Origin: Eledone cirrhosa
Lineage: Eukaryota
Reading direction: 5' to 3'
DNA length: 64,000 nt
Assembly (NCBI GenBank): GCA_964016885.1
Contig: OZ024744.1
Span: forward strand, 48,112,001 to 48,176,000
Position numbers and translations under genes: made by a program. The notes beneath the pieces were generated by a model that worked only from the letters and a program-made list of their open reading frames with translations, had not been told where the DNA came from and did not search any database. Shown here in pieces: positions 44,501 through 61,700 of the stretch (position 1 is its first letter; each line of letters begins with the position of its first letter).

Positions 44501-47500
44501 GAACAGAACACCAACCACATTAGACTATCAAGACAAGAACACCAACCACATTAGACTATCAAGAACAGAACACCAACCACATTAGACTATCAAGAACAGA
44601 ACACCAACCACATTAGACTATCAAGACCAGAACACCAACCACATCACATTAGCCTATCAAGAACAGAACACCAACCACATTAGACTATCAAGACCAGAAC
44701 ACCAACCACATTAGACTATCAAAACCAGAACACCAACCACATCACATTAGACTATCAAGACCAGAACACCAACCACATTAGACTATCAAGACCAGAACAC
44801 CAACCACATCACATTAGAATATCCAGACCAGAACACCAACCATATCACATTAGACTATCAAGACCTGAACACCAACCACATCACATTAGACTATCAAGAC
44901 CAGAACACCAACAACATCACATTAGAATATCAAGACCAGAACACCAACCACATTAGACTATCAAGAACATAACACCAACAACATTAGACTATCAAGAACA
45001 TAACACCAACCACATTAGACTATCAAGAACAGAACACCAACCACATTAGACTATCAAGAACAGAACACCAACCACATTAGACTATCAAGACCAGAACACC
45101 AACAACATCACATTAGACTATCAAGAACAGAACACCAACCACATTAGACTATCAAGACCAGAACACCAACAACATTAGACTATCAAGACCAGAACACAAA
45201 CCACATCACATTAGACTATCAAGACCAGAACACCAACCACATTAGACTATCAAGACCAGAACACCAACCACATCACATTAGAATATCAAGACCAGAACAC
45301 CAACCACATCACATTAGACTATCAAGACCTGAACACCAACCACATCACATTAGACTATCAACACCAGAACACCAACAACATCACATTAGACTATCAAGAC
45401 CAGAACACCAACCACATTAGACTATCAAGAACATAACACCAGCAACATTAGACTATCAAGACCATAACACCAACCACATTAGACTATCAAGAACAGAACA
45501 CCAACCACATTAGACTATCAAGACCAGAACACCAACAACAATAGACTATCAAGACCAGAACACCAACCACATTAGACTATCAAGAACAGAACACCAACCA
45601 TATTAGACTATCAAGACCAGAACACCAACCACATTAGACTATCAAGAACAGAACACCAACCACATTAGACTATCAAGAACAGAACACCAACCACATTAGA
45701 CTATCAAGACCAGAACAACAACCACATTAGACTATCAAGACCAGAACACCAACCACATCACATTAGACTATCAAGACCAGAACACCAACCGCATTAGACT
45801 ATCAAGACCAGAACACCAACCACATCACATTAGACTATCAAGACCAGAACACCAACCACATCACATTAGACTATCAAGACCTGAACACCAACCACATCAC
45901 ATTAGACTATCAAGACCAGAACACCAACAACATCACATTAGACTATCAAGACCAGAACACCAACCACATTAGACTATCAAGAACAGAACACCAACAACAT
46001 TAGACTATCAAGACCATAACACCAACCACATTAGACTATCAAGAACAGAACACCAACCACATTAGACTATCAAGACCAGAACACCAACAACAATAGACTA
46101 TCAAGACCAGAACACCAACCACATTAGACTATCAAGAACAGAACACCAACCACATTAGACTATCAAGACCAGACCACCAACCACATTAGACTATCAAGAA
46201 CAGAATACCAACCACATTAGACTATCAAGAACAGAACACCAACCACATTAGACTATCAAGACCAGAACACCAACCACATCACATTAGCCTATCAAGAACA
46301 GAACACCAACCACATTAGACTATCAAGACCAGAACACCAACCACATTAGACTATCAAAACCAGAACACCAACCACATCACATTAGACTATCAAGACCAGA
46401 ACACCACCCACATTAGACTATCAAGACCAGAACACCAACCACATCACATTAGAATATCAAGACCAGAACACCAACCATATCACATTAGACTATCAAGACC
46501 TGAACACCAACCACATCACATTAGACTATCAAGACCAGAACACCAACAACATCACATTAGACTATCAAGACCAGAACACAAACCACATTAGACTATCAAG
46601 AACATAACACCAACAACATTAGACTATCAAGACCATAACACCCACCACATTAGACTATCAAGAACAGAATACCAACCACATTAGACTATCAAGACCAGAA
46701 CACCAACAACAATAGACTATCAAGACCAGAACACCAACCACATTAGACTATCAAGAACAGAACACCAACCACATTAGACTATCAAGACCAGAACACCAAC
46801 CACATTAGACTATCAAGACCAGAACACCAACCACACTAGACTATCAAGAACAGAACACCAACCACATTAGTCTATCAAGACCAGAACACCAACCACATCA
46901 CATTAGCCTATCAAGAACAGAACACCAACCACATTAGACTATCAAGACCAGAACACCAACCACATTAGACTATCAAGACAAGAACACCAACCACATCACA
47001 TTAGACTATCAAGACCAGAACACCAACCACATCAGATTAGACTATCCTGACCAGAACACCAACCACATTAGACTATCAAGAACAGAACTCCAACCACATT
47101 ACACTATCAAGACCAGAACACCAACCACATCACATTAGACTATCAAGACCAGAACACCAACCACATCACATTAGACTATCAAGACCAGAACACCAACCAC
47201 ATTAGACTATCATGACCAGAACACCAACCACATTAGACTATCAAGACCATAACACCAACCACATCACATCAGACTATCAAGAGCAGAACACCAACCACAT
47301 TAGACTATCAAGACCAGAACACCAACCACATTAGACTATCAAGACCAGAACACCAACCACATTAGACTATCAAGACCAGAACACCAACCACATTAGACTA
47401 TCAAGACCAGAACACCAACCACATTAGACTATCAAGACCAGAACACCAACCACATTAGACTATCAAGACCAGAACACCAACCACATTAGACTATCAAGAC

Positions 47501-50500
47501 CAGAACACCAACCACATTAGACTATCAAGACCAGAACACCAACCACATCACATAAGACTATCAAGACCAGAACATAAACCACATCACATTAGACTATCAA
47601 GACCAGAACACCAACCACATCACATTAGACTATCAAGACCAGAACACCAACCACATCACATTAGACTATCAAGAACAGAACACCAACCACATTAGACTAT
47701 CAAGACCAGAACACCAACAACATCACATTAGCCTATCAAGAACAGAACACCAACCTCATTAGACTATCAAGACCAGAACACCAACCACATTAGACTATCA
47801 AGACCAGAACACCAACCACATCACATTAGACTATCAACACCAGAACACCAACAACATTAGACTATCAAGACCAGAACACCAACCACATCACTTTAGAATA
47901 TCAAGACCAGAACACCAACCACATCACATTAGACCATCAAGACCAGAACACCAACCACATCACATTAGACTATCAAGACCAGAACACCAAACGCATCACA
48001 TTAGACTATCAAGACCAGAACACCAACCACATTAGACTATCAAGACCAGAACACCAACCACATTAGACTATCAAGACCAGAACACCAACCACATTAGACT
48101 ATCAAGACCAGAACACCAACCACATCACATAAGACTATCAAGACCAGAACATAAACCACATCACATTAGACTATCAAGAGCAGAACACCAACCACATCAC
48201 ATTAGACTATCAAGACCAGAACACCAACCACATCACATTAGACTATCAAGACCAGAACACTAACCCCATTAGACTATCAAGACCAGAACACCAACCACAT
48301 TAGACTATCAAGACCAGAACACCAACCACATTAGACTATCAAGACCAGAACACCAACCACATCACATTAGACTATCAAGACCAGAACACCAACCACGTTA
48401 GACTATCAAGACCAGAACACCAACCACATCACATTAGCCTATCAAGAACAGAACACCAACCACATTAGACTATCAAGACCAGAACACCAACCACATTAGA
48501 CTATCAAAACCAGAACACCAACCACATCACATTAGACTATCAAGACCAGAACACCAACCACATTAGACTATCAAGACCAGAACACCAACCACATCACATT
48601 AGAATATCCAGACGAGAACACCAACCATATCACATTAGACTATCAAGACCTGAACACCAACCACATCACATTAGACTATCAAGACCTGAACACCAACCAC
48701 ATCACATTAGACTATCAAGACCAGAACACCAACCACATCACATTAGACTATCAAGACCTGAACACCAACCACATCACATTAGACTATCAAGACCAGAACA
48801 CCAACAACATCACATTAGACTATCAAGACCAGAACACCAACCACATTAGACTATCAAGAACAGAACACCAACAACATTAGACTATCAAGACCATACCACC
48901 AACCACATTAGACTATCAAGAACAGAACACCAACCACATTAGACTATCAAGACCAGAACACCAACAACAATAGACTATCAAGACCAGAACACCAACCACA
49001 TTAGACTATCAAGAACAGAACACCAACCACATTAGACTATCAAGACAAGAACACCAACCACATTAGACTATCAAGAACAGAACACCAACCACATTAGACT
49101 ATCAAGAACAGAACACCAACCACATTAGACTATCAAGACCAGAACACCAACCACATCACATTAGCCTATCAAGAACAGAACACCAACCACATTAGACTAT
49201 CAAGACCAGAACACCAACCACATTAGACTATCAAAACCAGAACACCAACCACATCACATTAGACTATCAAGACCAGAACACCAACCACATTAGACTATCA
49301 AGACCAGAACACCAACCACATCACATTAGAATATCCAGACCAGAACACCAACCATATCACATTAGACTATCAAGACCTGAACACCAACCACATCACATTA
49401 GACTATCAAGACCAGAACACCAACAACATCACATTAGAATATCAAGACCAGAACACCAACCACATTAGACTATCAAGAACATAACACCAACAACATTAGA
49501 CTATCAAGAACATAACACCAACCACATTAGACTATCAAGAACAGAACACCAACCACATTAGACTATCAAGAACAGAACACCAACCACATTAGACTATCAA
49601 GACCAGAACACCCACAACATCACATTAGACTATCAAGAACAGAACACCAACCACATTAGACTATCAAGACCAGAACACCAACCACATTAGACTATCAAGA
49701 CCAGAACACCAACCACATCACATTAGACTATCAAGACCAGAACACCAACCACATTAGACTATCAAGACCAGAACACCAACCACATCACATTAGAATATCA
49801 AGACCAGAACACCAACCACATCACATTAGACTATCAAGACCTGAACACCAACCACATCACATTAGACTATCAACACCAGAACACCAACAACATCACATTA
49901 GACTATCAAGACCAGAACACCAACCACATTAGACTATCAAGAACATAACACCAGCAACATTAGACTATCAAGACCATAACACCAACCACATTAGACTATC
50001 AAGAACAGAACACCAACCACATTAGACTATCAAGACCAGAACACCAACAACAATAGACTATCAAGACCAGAACACCAACCACATTAGACTATCAAGAACA
50101 GAACACCAACCATATTAGACTATCAAGACCAGAACACCAACCACATTAGACTATCAAGAACAGAACACCAACCACATTAGACTATCAAGAACAGAACACC
50201 AACCACATTAGACTATCAAGACCAGAACAACAACCACATTAGATTATCAAGACCAGAACACCAACCACATCACATTAGACTATCAAGACCAGAACACCAA
50301 CCACATTAGACTATCAAGACCAGAACACCAACCACATCACATTAGACTATCAAGACCAGAACACCAACCACATCACATTAGACTATCAAGACCTGAACAC
50401 CAACCACATCACATTAGACTATCAAGACCAGAACACCAACAACATCACATTAGACTATCAAGACCAGAACACCAACCACATTAGACTATCAAGAACAGAA

Positions 50501-53500
50501 CACCAACAACATTAGACTATCAAGACCATAACACCAACCACATTAGACTATCAAGAACAGAACACCAACCACATTAGACTATCAAGACCAGAACACCAAC
50601 AACAATAGACTATCAAGACCAGAACACCAACCACATTAGACTATCAAGAACAGAACACCAACCACATTAGACTATCAAGACCAGACCACCAACCACATTA
50701 GACTATCAAGAACAGAATACCAACCACATTAGACTATCAAGAACAGAACACCAACCACATTAGACTATCACGACCAGAACACCAACCACATCACATTAGC
50801 CTATCAAGAACAGAACACCAACCACATTAGACTATCAAGACCAGAACACCAACCACATTAGACTATCAAAACCAGAACACCAACCACATCACATTAGACT
50901 ATCAAGACCAGAACACCACCCACATTAGACTATCAAGACCAGAACACCAACCACATCACATTAGAATATCAAGACCAGAACACCAACCATATCACATTAG
51001 ACTATCAAGACCTGAACACCAACCACATCACATTAGACTATCAAGACCAGAACACCAACAACATCACATTAGACTATCAAGACCAGAACACAAACCACAT
51101 TAGACTATCAAGAACATAACACCAACAACATTAGACTATCAAGACCATAACACCCACCACATTAGACTATCAAGAACAGAATACCAACCACATTAGACTA
51201 TCAAGACCAGAACACCAACAACAATAGACTATCAAGACCAGAACACCAACCACATTAGACTATCAAGAACAGAACACCAACCACATTAGACTATCAAGAC
51301 CAGAACACCAACCACATTAGACTATCAAGAACAGAACACCAACCACACTAGACTATCAAGAACAGAACACCAACCACATTAGTCTATCAAGACCAGAACA
51401 CCAACCACATCACATTAGCCTATCAAGAACAGAACACCAACCACATTAGACTATCAAGACCAGAACACCAACCACATTAGACTATCAAGACAAGAACACC
51501 AACCACATCACATTAGACTATCAAGACCAGAACACCAACCACATCAGATTAGACTATCCTGACCAGAACACCAACCACATTAGACTATCAAGAACAGAAC
51601 TCCAACCACATTACACTATCAAGACCAGAACACCAACCACATCACATTAGACTATCAAGACCAGAACACCAACCACATCACATTAGACTATCAAGACCAG
51701 AACACCAACCACATTAGACTATCATGACCAGAACACCAACCACATTAGACTATCAAGACCATAACACCAACCACATCACATCAGACTATCAAGAGCAGAA
51801 CACCAACCACATTAGACTATCAAGACCAGAACACCAACCACATTAGACTATCAAGACCAGAACACCAACCACATTAGACTATCAAGACCAGAACACCAAC
51901 CACATTAGACTATCAAGACCAGAACACCAACCACATTAGACTATCAAGACCAGAACACCAACCACATTAGACTATCAAGACCAGAACACCAACCACATTA
52001 GACTATCAAGACCAGAACACCAACCACATTAGACTATCAAGACCAGAACACCAACCACATCACATAAGACTATCAAGACCAGAACATAAACCACATCACA
52101 TTAGACTATCAAGACCAGAACACCAACCACATCACATTAGACTATCAAGACCAGAACACCAACCACATCACATTAGACTATCAAGACCTGAACACCAACC
52201 ACATCACATTAGAATATCCAGACCAGAACACCAACCATATCACATTAGACTATCAAGATCTGAACACCAACCACATCACATTAGAATATCAAGACCAGAA
52301 CACCAACAACATCACATTAGACTATCAAAACCAGAACACCAACCACATTAGACTATCAGGAACATAACACCAACAACATTAGACTATCAAGACCAGAACA
52401 CCAACAACATTAGACTATCAAGACCAGAACACCAACCACATTAGACTATCAAGAACAGAACACCAACCACATTAGACTATCAAGAACAGAACACCAACCA
52501 CATTAGACTATCAAGACCAGAACACCAACAACATCACATTAGCCTATCAAGAACAGAACACCAACCTCATTAGACTATCAAGACCAGAACACCAACCACA
52601 TTAGACTATCAAGACCAGAACACCAACCACATCACATTAGACTATCAATACCAGAACACCAACAACATTAGACTATCAAGACCAGAACACCAACCACATC
52701 ACATTAGAATATCAAGACCAGAACACCAACCACATCACATTAGACCATCAAGACCAGAACACCAACCACATCACATTAGACTATCAAGACCAGAACACCA
52801 ACCGCATCACATTAGACTATCAAGACCAGAACACCAACCACATTAGACTATCAAGACCAGAACACCAACCACATTAGACTATCAAGACCAGAACACCAAC
52901 CACATTAGACTATCAAGACCAGAACACCAACCACATCACATAAGACTATCAAGACCAGAACATAAACCACATCACATTAGACTATCAAGAGCAGAACACC
53001 AACCACATCACATTAGACTATCAAGACCAGAACACCAACCACATCACATTAGACTATCAAGACCAGAACACTAACCCCATTAGACTATCAAGACCAGAAC
53101 ACCAACCACGTTAGACTATCAAGACCAGAACACCAACCACATTAGACTATCAAGACCAGAACACCAACCACATCACATTAGACTATCAAGACCAGAACAC
53201 CAACCACATTAGACTATCAAGACCAGAACACCAACAATATCATTTTAGACTATCAAGACCAGAACACCAACCACATTAGACTATCAAGACCAGAACACCA
53301 ACAACATTAGACTATCAAGACCAGAACACCAACCACATCACATTAGACTATCAAGACCAGAACACCAACCACGTTAGACTATCAAGACCAGAACACCAAC
53401 CACATCACATTAGCCTATCAAGAACAGAACACCAACCACATTAGACTATCAAGACCAGAACACCAACCACATTAGACTATCAAAACCAGAACACCAACCA

Positions 53501-55719
53501 CATCACATTAGACTATCAAGACCAGAACACCAACCACATTAGACTATCAAGACCAGAACACCAACCACATCACATTAGAATATCCAGACCAGAACACCAA
53601 CCATATCACATTAGACTATCAAGACCTGAACACCAACCACATCACATTAGACTATCAAGACCAGAACACCAACAACATCACATTATACTATCAAGACCAG
53701 AACACCAACCACATTAGACTATCAAGAACATAACACCAACAACATTAGACTATCAAGAACATAACACCAACCACATTAGACTATCAAGAACAGAACACCA
53801 ACCACATTAGTCTATCAAGAACAGAACACCAACCACATTAGACTATCAAGACCAGAACACCAACAACATCACATTAGCCTATCAACAACAGAACACCAAC
53901 CACATTAGACTATCAAGACCAGAACACCAACCACATTAGACTATCAAGACCAGAACACCAACCACATCACATTAGACTATCAAGACCAGAACACCAACCA
54001 CATTAGACTATCAACACCAGAACACCAACCACATCACATTAGAATATCAAGACCAGAACACCAACCACATCACATTACACTATCAAGACCTGAACACCAA
54101 CCACATCACATTAGACTATCAAGACCAGAACACCAACCACATTAGACTATCAAGAACATAACACCAGCAACATTAGACTATCAAGACCATAACACCAACC
54201 ACATTAGACTATCAAGAACAGAACACCAACCACATTAGACTATCAAGACCAGAACACCAACAACAATAGACTATCAAGACCAGAACACCAACCACATTAG
54301 ACTATCAAGAACAGAACACCAACCACATTAGACTATCAAGACCAGAACACCAACCACATTAGACTATCAAGAACAGAACACCAACCACATTAGACTATCA
54401 AGAACAGAACACCAACCACATTAGACTATCAAGACCAGAACACCAACCACATTAGACTATCAAGACCAGAACACCAACCACATCACATTAGACTATCAAG
54501 ACCAGAACACCAACCACATTAGACTATCAAGACCAGAACACCAACCACATCACATTAGACTATCAAGACCAGAACACCAACCATATCACATTAGACTATC
54601 ACGACCTGAACACCAACCACATCACATTAGACTATCAAGACCAGAACACCAACAACATCACATTAGACTATCAAGACCAGAACTCCAACCACATTAGACT
54701 ATCAAGAACAGAACACCAACAACATTAGACTATCAAGACCATAACACCAACCACATTAGACTATCAAGAACAGAACACCAACCACATTAGACTATCAAGA
54801 CCAGAACACCAACAACAATAGACTATCAAGACCAGAACACCAACCACATTAGACTATCAAGAACAGAACACCAACCACATTAGACTATCAAGACCAGAAC
54901 ACCAACCACATTAGACTATCAAGAACAGAAAACCAACCACATTAGACTATCAAGAACAGAACACCAACCACATTAGACTATCAAGACCAGAACACCAACC
55001 ACATCACATTAGCCTATCAAGAACAGAACACCAACCACATTAGACTATCAAGACCAGAACACCAACCACATTAGACTATCAAAACCAGAACACCAACCAC
55101 ATCACATTAGACTATCAAGACCAGAACAGCACCCACATTAGACTATCAAGACCAGAACACCAACCACATCACATTAGAATATCAAGACCAGAACACCAAC
55201 CATATCACATTAGACTATCAAGACCTGAACACCAACCACATCACATTAGACTATCAAGACCAGAACACCAACAACATCACATTAGACTATCAAGACCAGA
55301 ACACCAACCACATTAGACTATCAAGAACATAACACCAACAACATTAGACTATCAAGACCATAACACCAACCACATTAGACTATCAAGAACAGAATACCAA
55401 CCACATTAGACTATCAAGACCAGAACACCAACAACAAAAGACTATCAAGACCAGAACACCAACCACATTAGACTATCAAGAACAGAACACCAACCACATT
55501 AGACTATCAAGACCAGAACACCAACCACATTAGACTATCAAGAACAGAACACCAACCACATTAGACTATCAAGAACAGAACACCAACCACATTAGACTAT
55601 CAAGACCAGAACACCAACCACATCACATTAGCCTATCAAGAACAGAACACCAACCACATTAGACTATCAAGACCAGAACACCAACCACATTAGACTATCA
55701 AGACAAGAACACCAACCAC

Positions 55720-58700
55720 TTCACATTAGACTATCAAGACCAGAACACCAACCACATTAGACTATCAAGACCAGAACACCAACCACATCACATTAGAATA
55801 TCAAGACCAGAACACCAACCACATCACATTAGACTATCAAGACCTGAACACCAACCACATCACATTAGACTATCAAGACCAGAACACCAACAACATCACA
55901 TTAGACTATCAAGACCAGAACACCAACCACATTAGACTATCAAGAACAGAACACCAACAACATTAGACTATCAAGACCATAACACCAACCACATTAGACT
56001 ATCAAGAACAGAACACCAACCACATTAGACTATCAAGACCAGAACACCAACAACATTAGACTATCAAGACCAGAACACCAACCACATTAGACTATCAAGG
56101 ACAGAACACCAACCATATTAGACTATCAAGACCAGAACACCAACCACATTAGACTATCAAGAACAGAACACCAACCACATTAGACTATCAAGAACAGAAC
56201 ACCAACCACATTAGACTATCAAGACCAGAACACCAACCACATCACATTAGCCTATCAAGAACAGAACACCAACCACATTAGACTATCAAGACCAGAACAC
56301 CAACCACATTAGACTATCAAGAACAGAACACAAACCACATTAGACTATCAAGACCAGAACACCAACCACATTAGACTATCAAGACCAGAACACCAAACAC
56401 ATTACACTATCAAGAACAGAACACCAACCACATTAGACTATCAAGAACAGAACACCAACCACATTAGACTATCAAGAACAGAACACCAACCACATTAGAC
56501 TATCAAGAACAGAACACCAACCACATTAGAATATCAAGAACAGAACACCAACCACATTAGACTATCAAGAACAGAACATAAACCACATTAGACTATCAAG
56601 ACCAGAACATTAACAACATCACATAGTCTATCAAGACCAGAACACCAACAACATCACATTAGACTATCAAGACCAGAACACCACCCACATCAGATTAGAC
56701 TATCAAGACCAGAACACCAAACACATCACATTAGACTATCAAGACCAGAACACCAACCACATTAGACTACCAAGACCAGAACACCAACCACATCACATTG
56801 GACTATTAAGACCGGAACACCAACCACATTAGACTATCAAGACCAGAACTCCAACCACATTAGACTATCAAGACCAGAACACCAACCACATCACATTAGA
56901 CTATCAAAACCATAACACCAACCACATTAGACTATCAACACCATAACACCAACCACATTAGACTATCAAGACCAGAACAACAACTAGATCACATTAGACT
57001 ATCAAGACCAGAACATCAACAATATCATTTTAGACTATCAAGACCAGAACACCAACAACATAACATTAGACTATCAAGACCAGAACACCAACCACATCAC
57101 ATTAGACTATCAAGACCAGAACACCAACCACATCACATTAGACTATCAAGACCAGAACACCAACCACATCACATTAGACTATCAAGACGTGAACACCAAC
57201 CACATTAGAATGTCAAGACCAGAACACCAACCACATTAGACTATCAAGACCAGAACACCAACCACATTAGACTATCAAGACCAGAACACCAACCACATCA
57301 CATTAGACTATCAAGACCAGAACACCAACCACATTAGATTTCAAGACCAGAACACCAACCACATTATACTATCAAGACCAGAACACCAACCACATCACAT
57401 TAGAATATCAAGACCAGAACACCAACCACATTAGACTATCAAGACCAGAACACCAACCACATCACATTAGACTATCAAGAACAGAACACCAACCACATCA
57501 CATTAGACTATCAAGACCAGTACACCAACCACATCACATTAGACTATCAAGACCAGAACACCAATCACATTAGACTATCAAGACCAGAACACCAACCACA
57601 TCACATTAGAATATCAAGACCAGAACACCAACCACATTAGACTATCAAGACCAGAACACCAACCACATCACATTAGACTATCAAGACCAGAACACCAACC
57701 ACATTAGACTATCAAGAACAGAACACCAACCACATTAGACTATCAAGAAAAGAACACCAACCACATTAGACTATCAAGACCAGAACACCAACCACATCAC
57801 ATTAGACTATCAAGACCAGAACACTAACCACATTAGACTATCAAGACCAGAACACTAACAACATCACATAGTCTATCAAGACCAGAACACCAACAACATC
57901 ACATTAGACTATAAAGACCAGAACACCAACAACATCACATTAGACTATCAAGACCAGAACACCACCCACATCACATTAGACTATCAAAACCAGAACACCA
58001 AACACATCACATAAGACTATCAAGACCAGAACACCAACCACATTAGACTACCATGACCAGAACAACAACCACATCACATTAGACTATTAAGACCAGAACA
58101 CCAACCACATCACATTAGACTATCAAGACCAGAACACCAACCACATTAGACTATCAAGACCAGAACTCCAACCACATCACATTAGACTATCAAGACCAGA
58201 ACACCAACCACATTAGACTATCAAGACCAGAACACCAACCACATCACATTAGACTATCAAGACCAGAACACCAACCACATCACATTAGACTATCAAGACC
58301 AGAACACCAACCACATCACATTAGACTATCAAGACCATAACACCAACCACATTAGACTATCAAGACCATAACACCAACCACATTAGACTATCAAGACCAG
58401 AACACCAACCACATTAGACTATCAAGACCAGAACACCAACCACATTAGACTATCAAGACCAGAACACAAACCACATCACATAAGACTATCAAGACCAGAA
58501 CATAAACCACATCACATTAGACTAGCAAGACCAGAACACCAACCACATCACATTAGACTATCAAGACCAGAACACCAACCACATCACATTAGACCATCAA
58601 GACCAGAACACCAACCACATCACATTAGACTATCAAGACCAGAACACCAACCACATCACATTAGACTATCAAGACCAGAACACCAACCACATTAGACTAT

Positions 58701-61700
58701 CAAGACCAGAACACCAACCACATTAGACTATCAAGACCAGAACACCAACCACATTAGACTATCAAGACCAGAACACCAACCACATCACATAAGACTATCA
58801 AGACCAGAACATAAACCACATCACATTAGACTATCAAGACCAGAACACCAACCACATCACATTAGACTATCAAGACCAGAACACCAACCACATTAGACTA
58901 TCAAGACCAGAACACCAACCACATCACATTAGAATATCAAGACCAGAACACCAACCACATCACATTAGACTATCAAGACCTGAACACCAACCACATCACA
59001 TTAGACTATCAAGACCAGAACACCAACAACATCACATTAGACTATCAAGACCAGAACACCAACCACATTAGACTATCAAGAACAGAACACCAACAACATT
59101 AGACTATCAAGACCATAACACCAACCACATTAGACTATCAAGAACAGAACACCAACCACATTAGACTATCAAGACCAGAACACCAACAACATTAGACTAT
59201 CAAGACCAGAACACCAACCACATTAGACTATCAAGGACAGAACACCAACCATATTAGACTATCAAGACCAGAACACCAACCACATTAGACTATCAAGAAC
59301 AGAACACCAACCACATTAGACTATCAAGAACAGAACACCAACCACATTAGACTATCAAGACCAGAACACCAACCACATCACATTAGCCTATCAAGAACAG
59401 AACACCAACCACATTAGACTATCAAGACCAGAACACCAACCACATTAGACTATCAAGAACAGAACACAAACCACATTAGACTATCAAGACCAGAACACCA
59501 ACCACATTAGACTATCAAGACCAGAACACCAAACACATTACACTATCAAGAACAGAACACCAACCACATTAGACTATCAAGAACAGAACACCAACCACAT
59601 TAGACTATCAAGAACAGAACACCAACCACATTAGACTATCAAGAACAGAACACCAACCACATTAGAATATCAAGAACAGAACACCAACCACATTAGACTA
59701 TCAAGAACAGAACATAAACCACATTAGACTATCAAGACCAGAACATTAACAACATCACATAGTCTATCAAGACCAGAACACCAACAACATCACATTAGAC
59801 TATCAAGACCAGAACACCACCCACATCAGATTAGACTATCAAGACCAGAACACCAAACACATCACATTAGACTATCAAGACCAGAACACCAACCACATTA
59901 GACTACCAAGACCAGAACACCAACCACATCACATTGGACTATTAAGACCAGAACACCAACCACATTAGACTATCAAGACCAGAACTCCAACCACATTAGA
60001 CTATCAAGACCAGAACACCAACCACATCACATTAGACTATCAAAACCATAACACCAACCACATTAGACTATCAACACCATAACACCAACCACATTAGACT
60101 ATCAAGACCAGAACAACAACTAGATCACATTAGACTATCAAGACCAGAACATCAACAATATCATTTTAGACTATCAAGACCAGAACACCAACAACATAAC
60201 ATTAGACTATCAAGACCAGAACACCAACCACATCACATTAGACTATCAAGACCAGAACACCAACCACATCACATTAGACTATCAAGACCAGAACACCAAC
60301 CACATCACATTAGACTATCAAGACGTGAACACCAACCACATTAGAATGTCAAGACCAGAACACCAACCACATTAGACTATCAAGACCAGAACACCAACCA
60401 CATCACATTAGACTATCAAGACCAGAACACCAACCACATTAGATTTCAAGACCAGAACACCAACCACATTATACTATCAAGACCAGAACACCAACCACAT
60501 CACATTAGAATATCAAGACCAGAACACCAACCACATTAGACTATCAAGACCAGAACACCAACCACATCACATTAGACTATCAAGAACAGAACACCAACCA
60601 CATCACATTAGACTATCAAGACCAGTACACCAACCACATCACATTAGACTATCAAGACCAGAACACCAATCACATTAGACTATCAAGACCAGAACACCAA
60701 CCACATCACATTAGAATATCAAGACCAGAACACCAACCACATTAGACTATCAAGACCAGAACACCAACCACATCACATTAGACTATCAAGACCAGAACAC
60801 CAACCACATTAGACTATCAAGAACAGAACACCAACCACATTAGACTATCAAGAAAAGAACACCAACCACATTAGACTATCAAGACCAGAACACCAACCAC
60901 ATCACATTAGACTATCAAGACCAGAACACTAACCACATTAGACTATCAAGACCAGAACACTAACAACATCACATAGTCTATCAAGACCAGAACACCAACA
61001 ACATCACATTAGACTATAAAGACCAGAACACCAACAACATCACATTAGACTATCAAGACCAGAACACCACCCACATCACATTAGACTATCAAAACCAGAA
61101 CACCAAACACATCACATAAGACTATCAAGACCAGAACACCAACCACATTAGACTACCATGACCAGAACAACAACCACATCACATTAGACTATTAAGACCA
61201 GAACACCAACCACATCACATTAGACTATCAAGACCAGAACACCAACCACATTAGACTATCAAGACCAGAACTCCAACCACATCACATTAGACTATCAAGA
61301 CCAGAACACCAACCACATTAGACTATCAAGACCAGAACACCAACCACATCACATTAGACTATCAAGACCAGAACACCAACCACATCACATTAGACTATCA
61401 AGACCAGAACACCAACCACATCACATTAGACTATCAAGACCATAACACCAACCACATTAGACTATCAAGACCATAACACCAACCACATTAGACTATCAAG
61501 ACCAGAACACCAACCACATTAGACTATCAAGACCAGAACACCAACCACATTAGACTATCAAGACCAGAACACAAACCACATCACATAAGACTATCAAGAC
61601 CAGAACATAAACCACATCACATTAGACTAGCAAGACCAGAACACCAACCACATCACATTAGACTATCAAGACCAGAACACCAACCACATCACATTAGACC

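Larger units (their letters stand above)
11215..56580 (+). repeat. Sub-domain B (GAACAG-rich, higher-order-repeat organised), interrupted by A-type islands at ~12.5-14.2, 19.4-21.1, 23.9-24.55, 28.5-30.8, 33.7-34.4, 42.0-43.9, 47.0-48.4 and 51.5-53.4 kb
   Basis: An ordered series of variants recurs about every 0.5-0.6 kb: GACCTG, AACAACATCAC, GAACAG, GACCAT, AACAACAATAG, TTAGCCTATC, TCAAAACC, TTAGAATATC. Confidence 0.75.
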
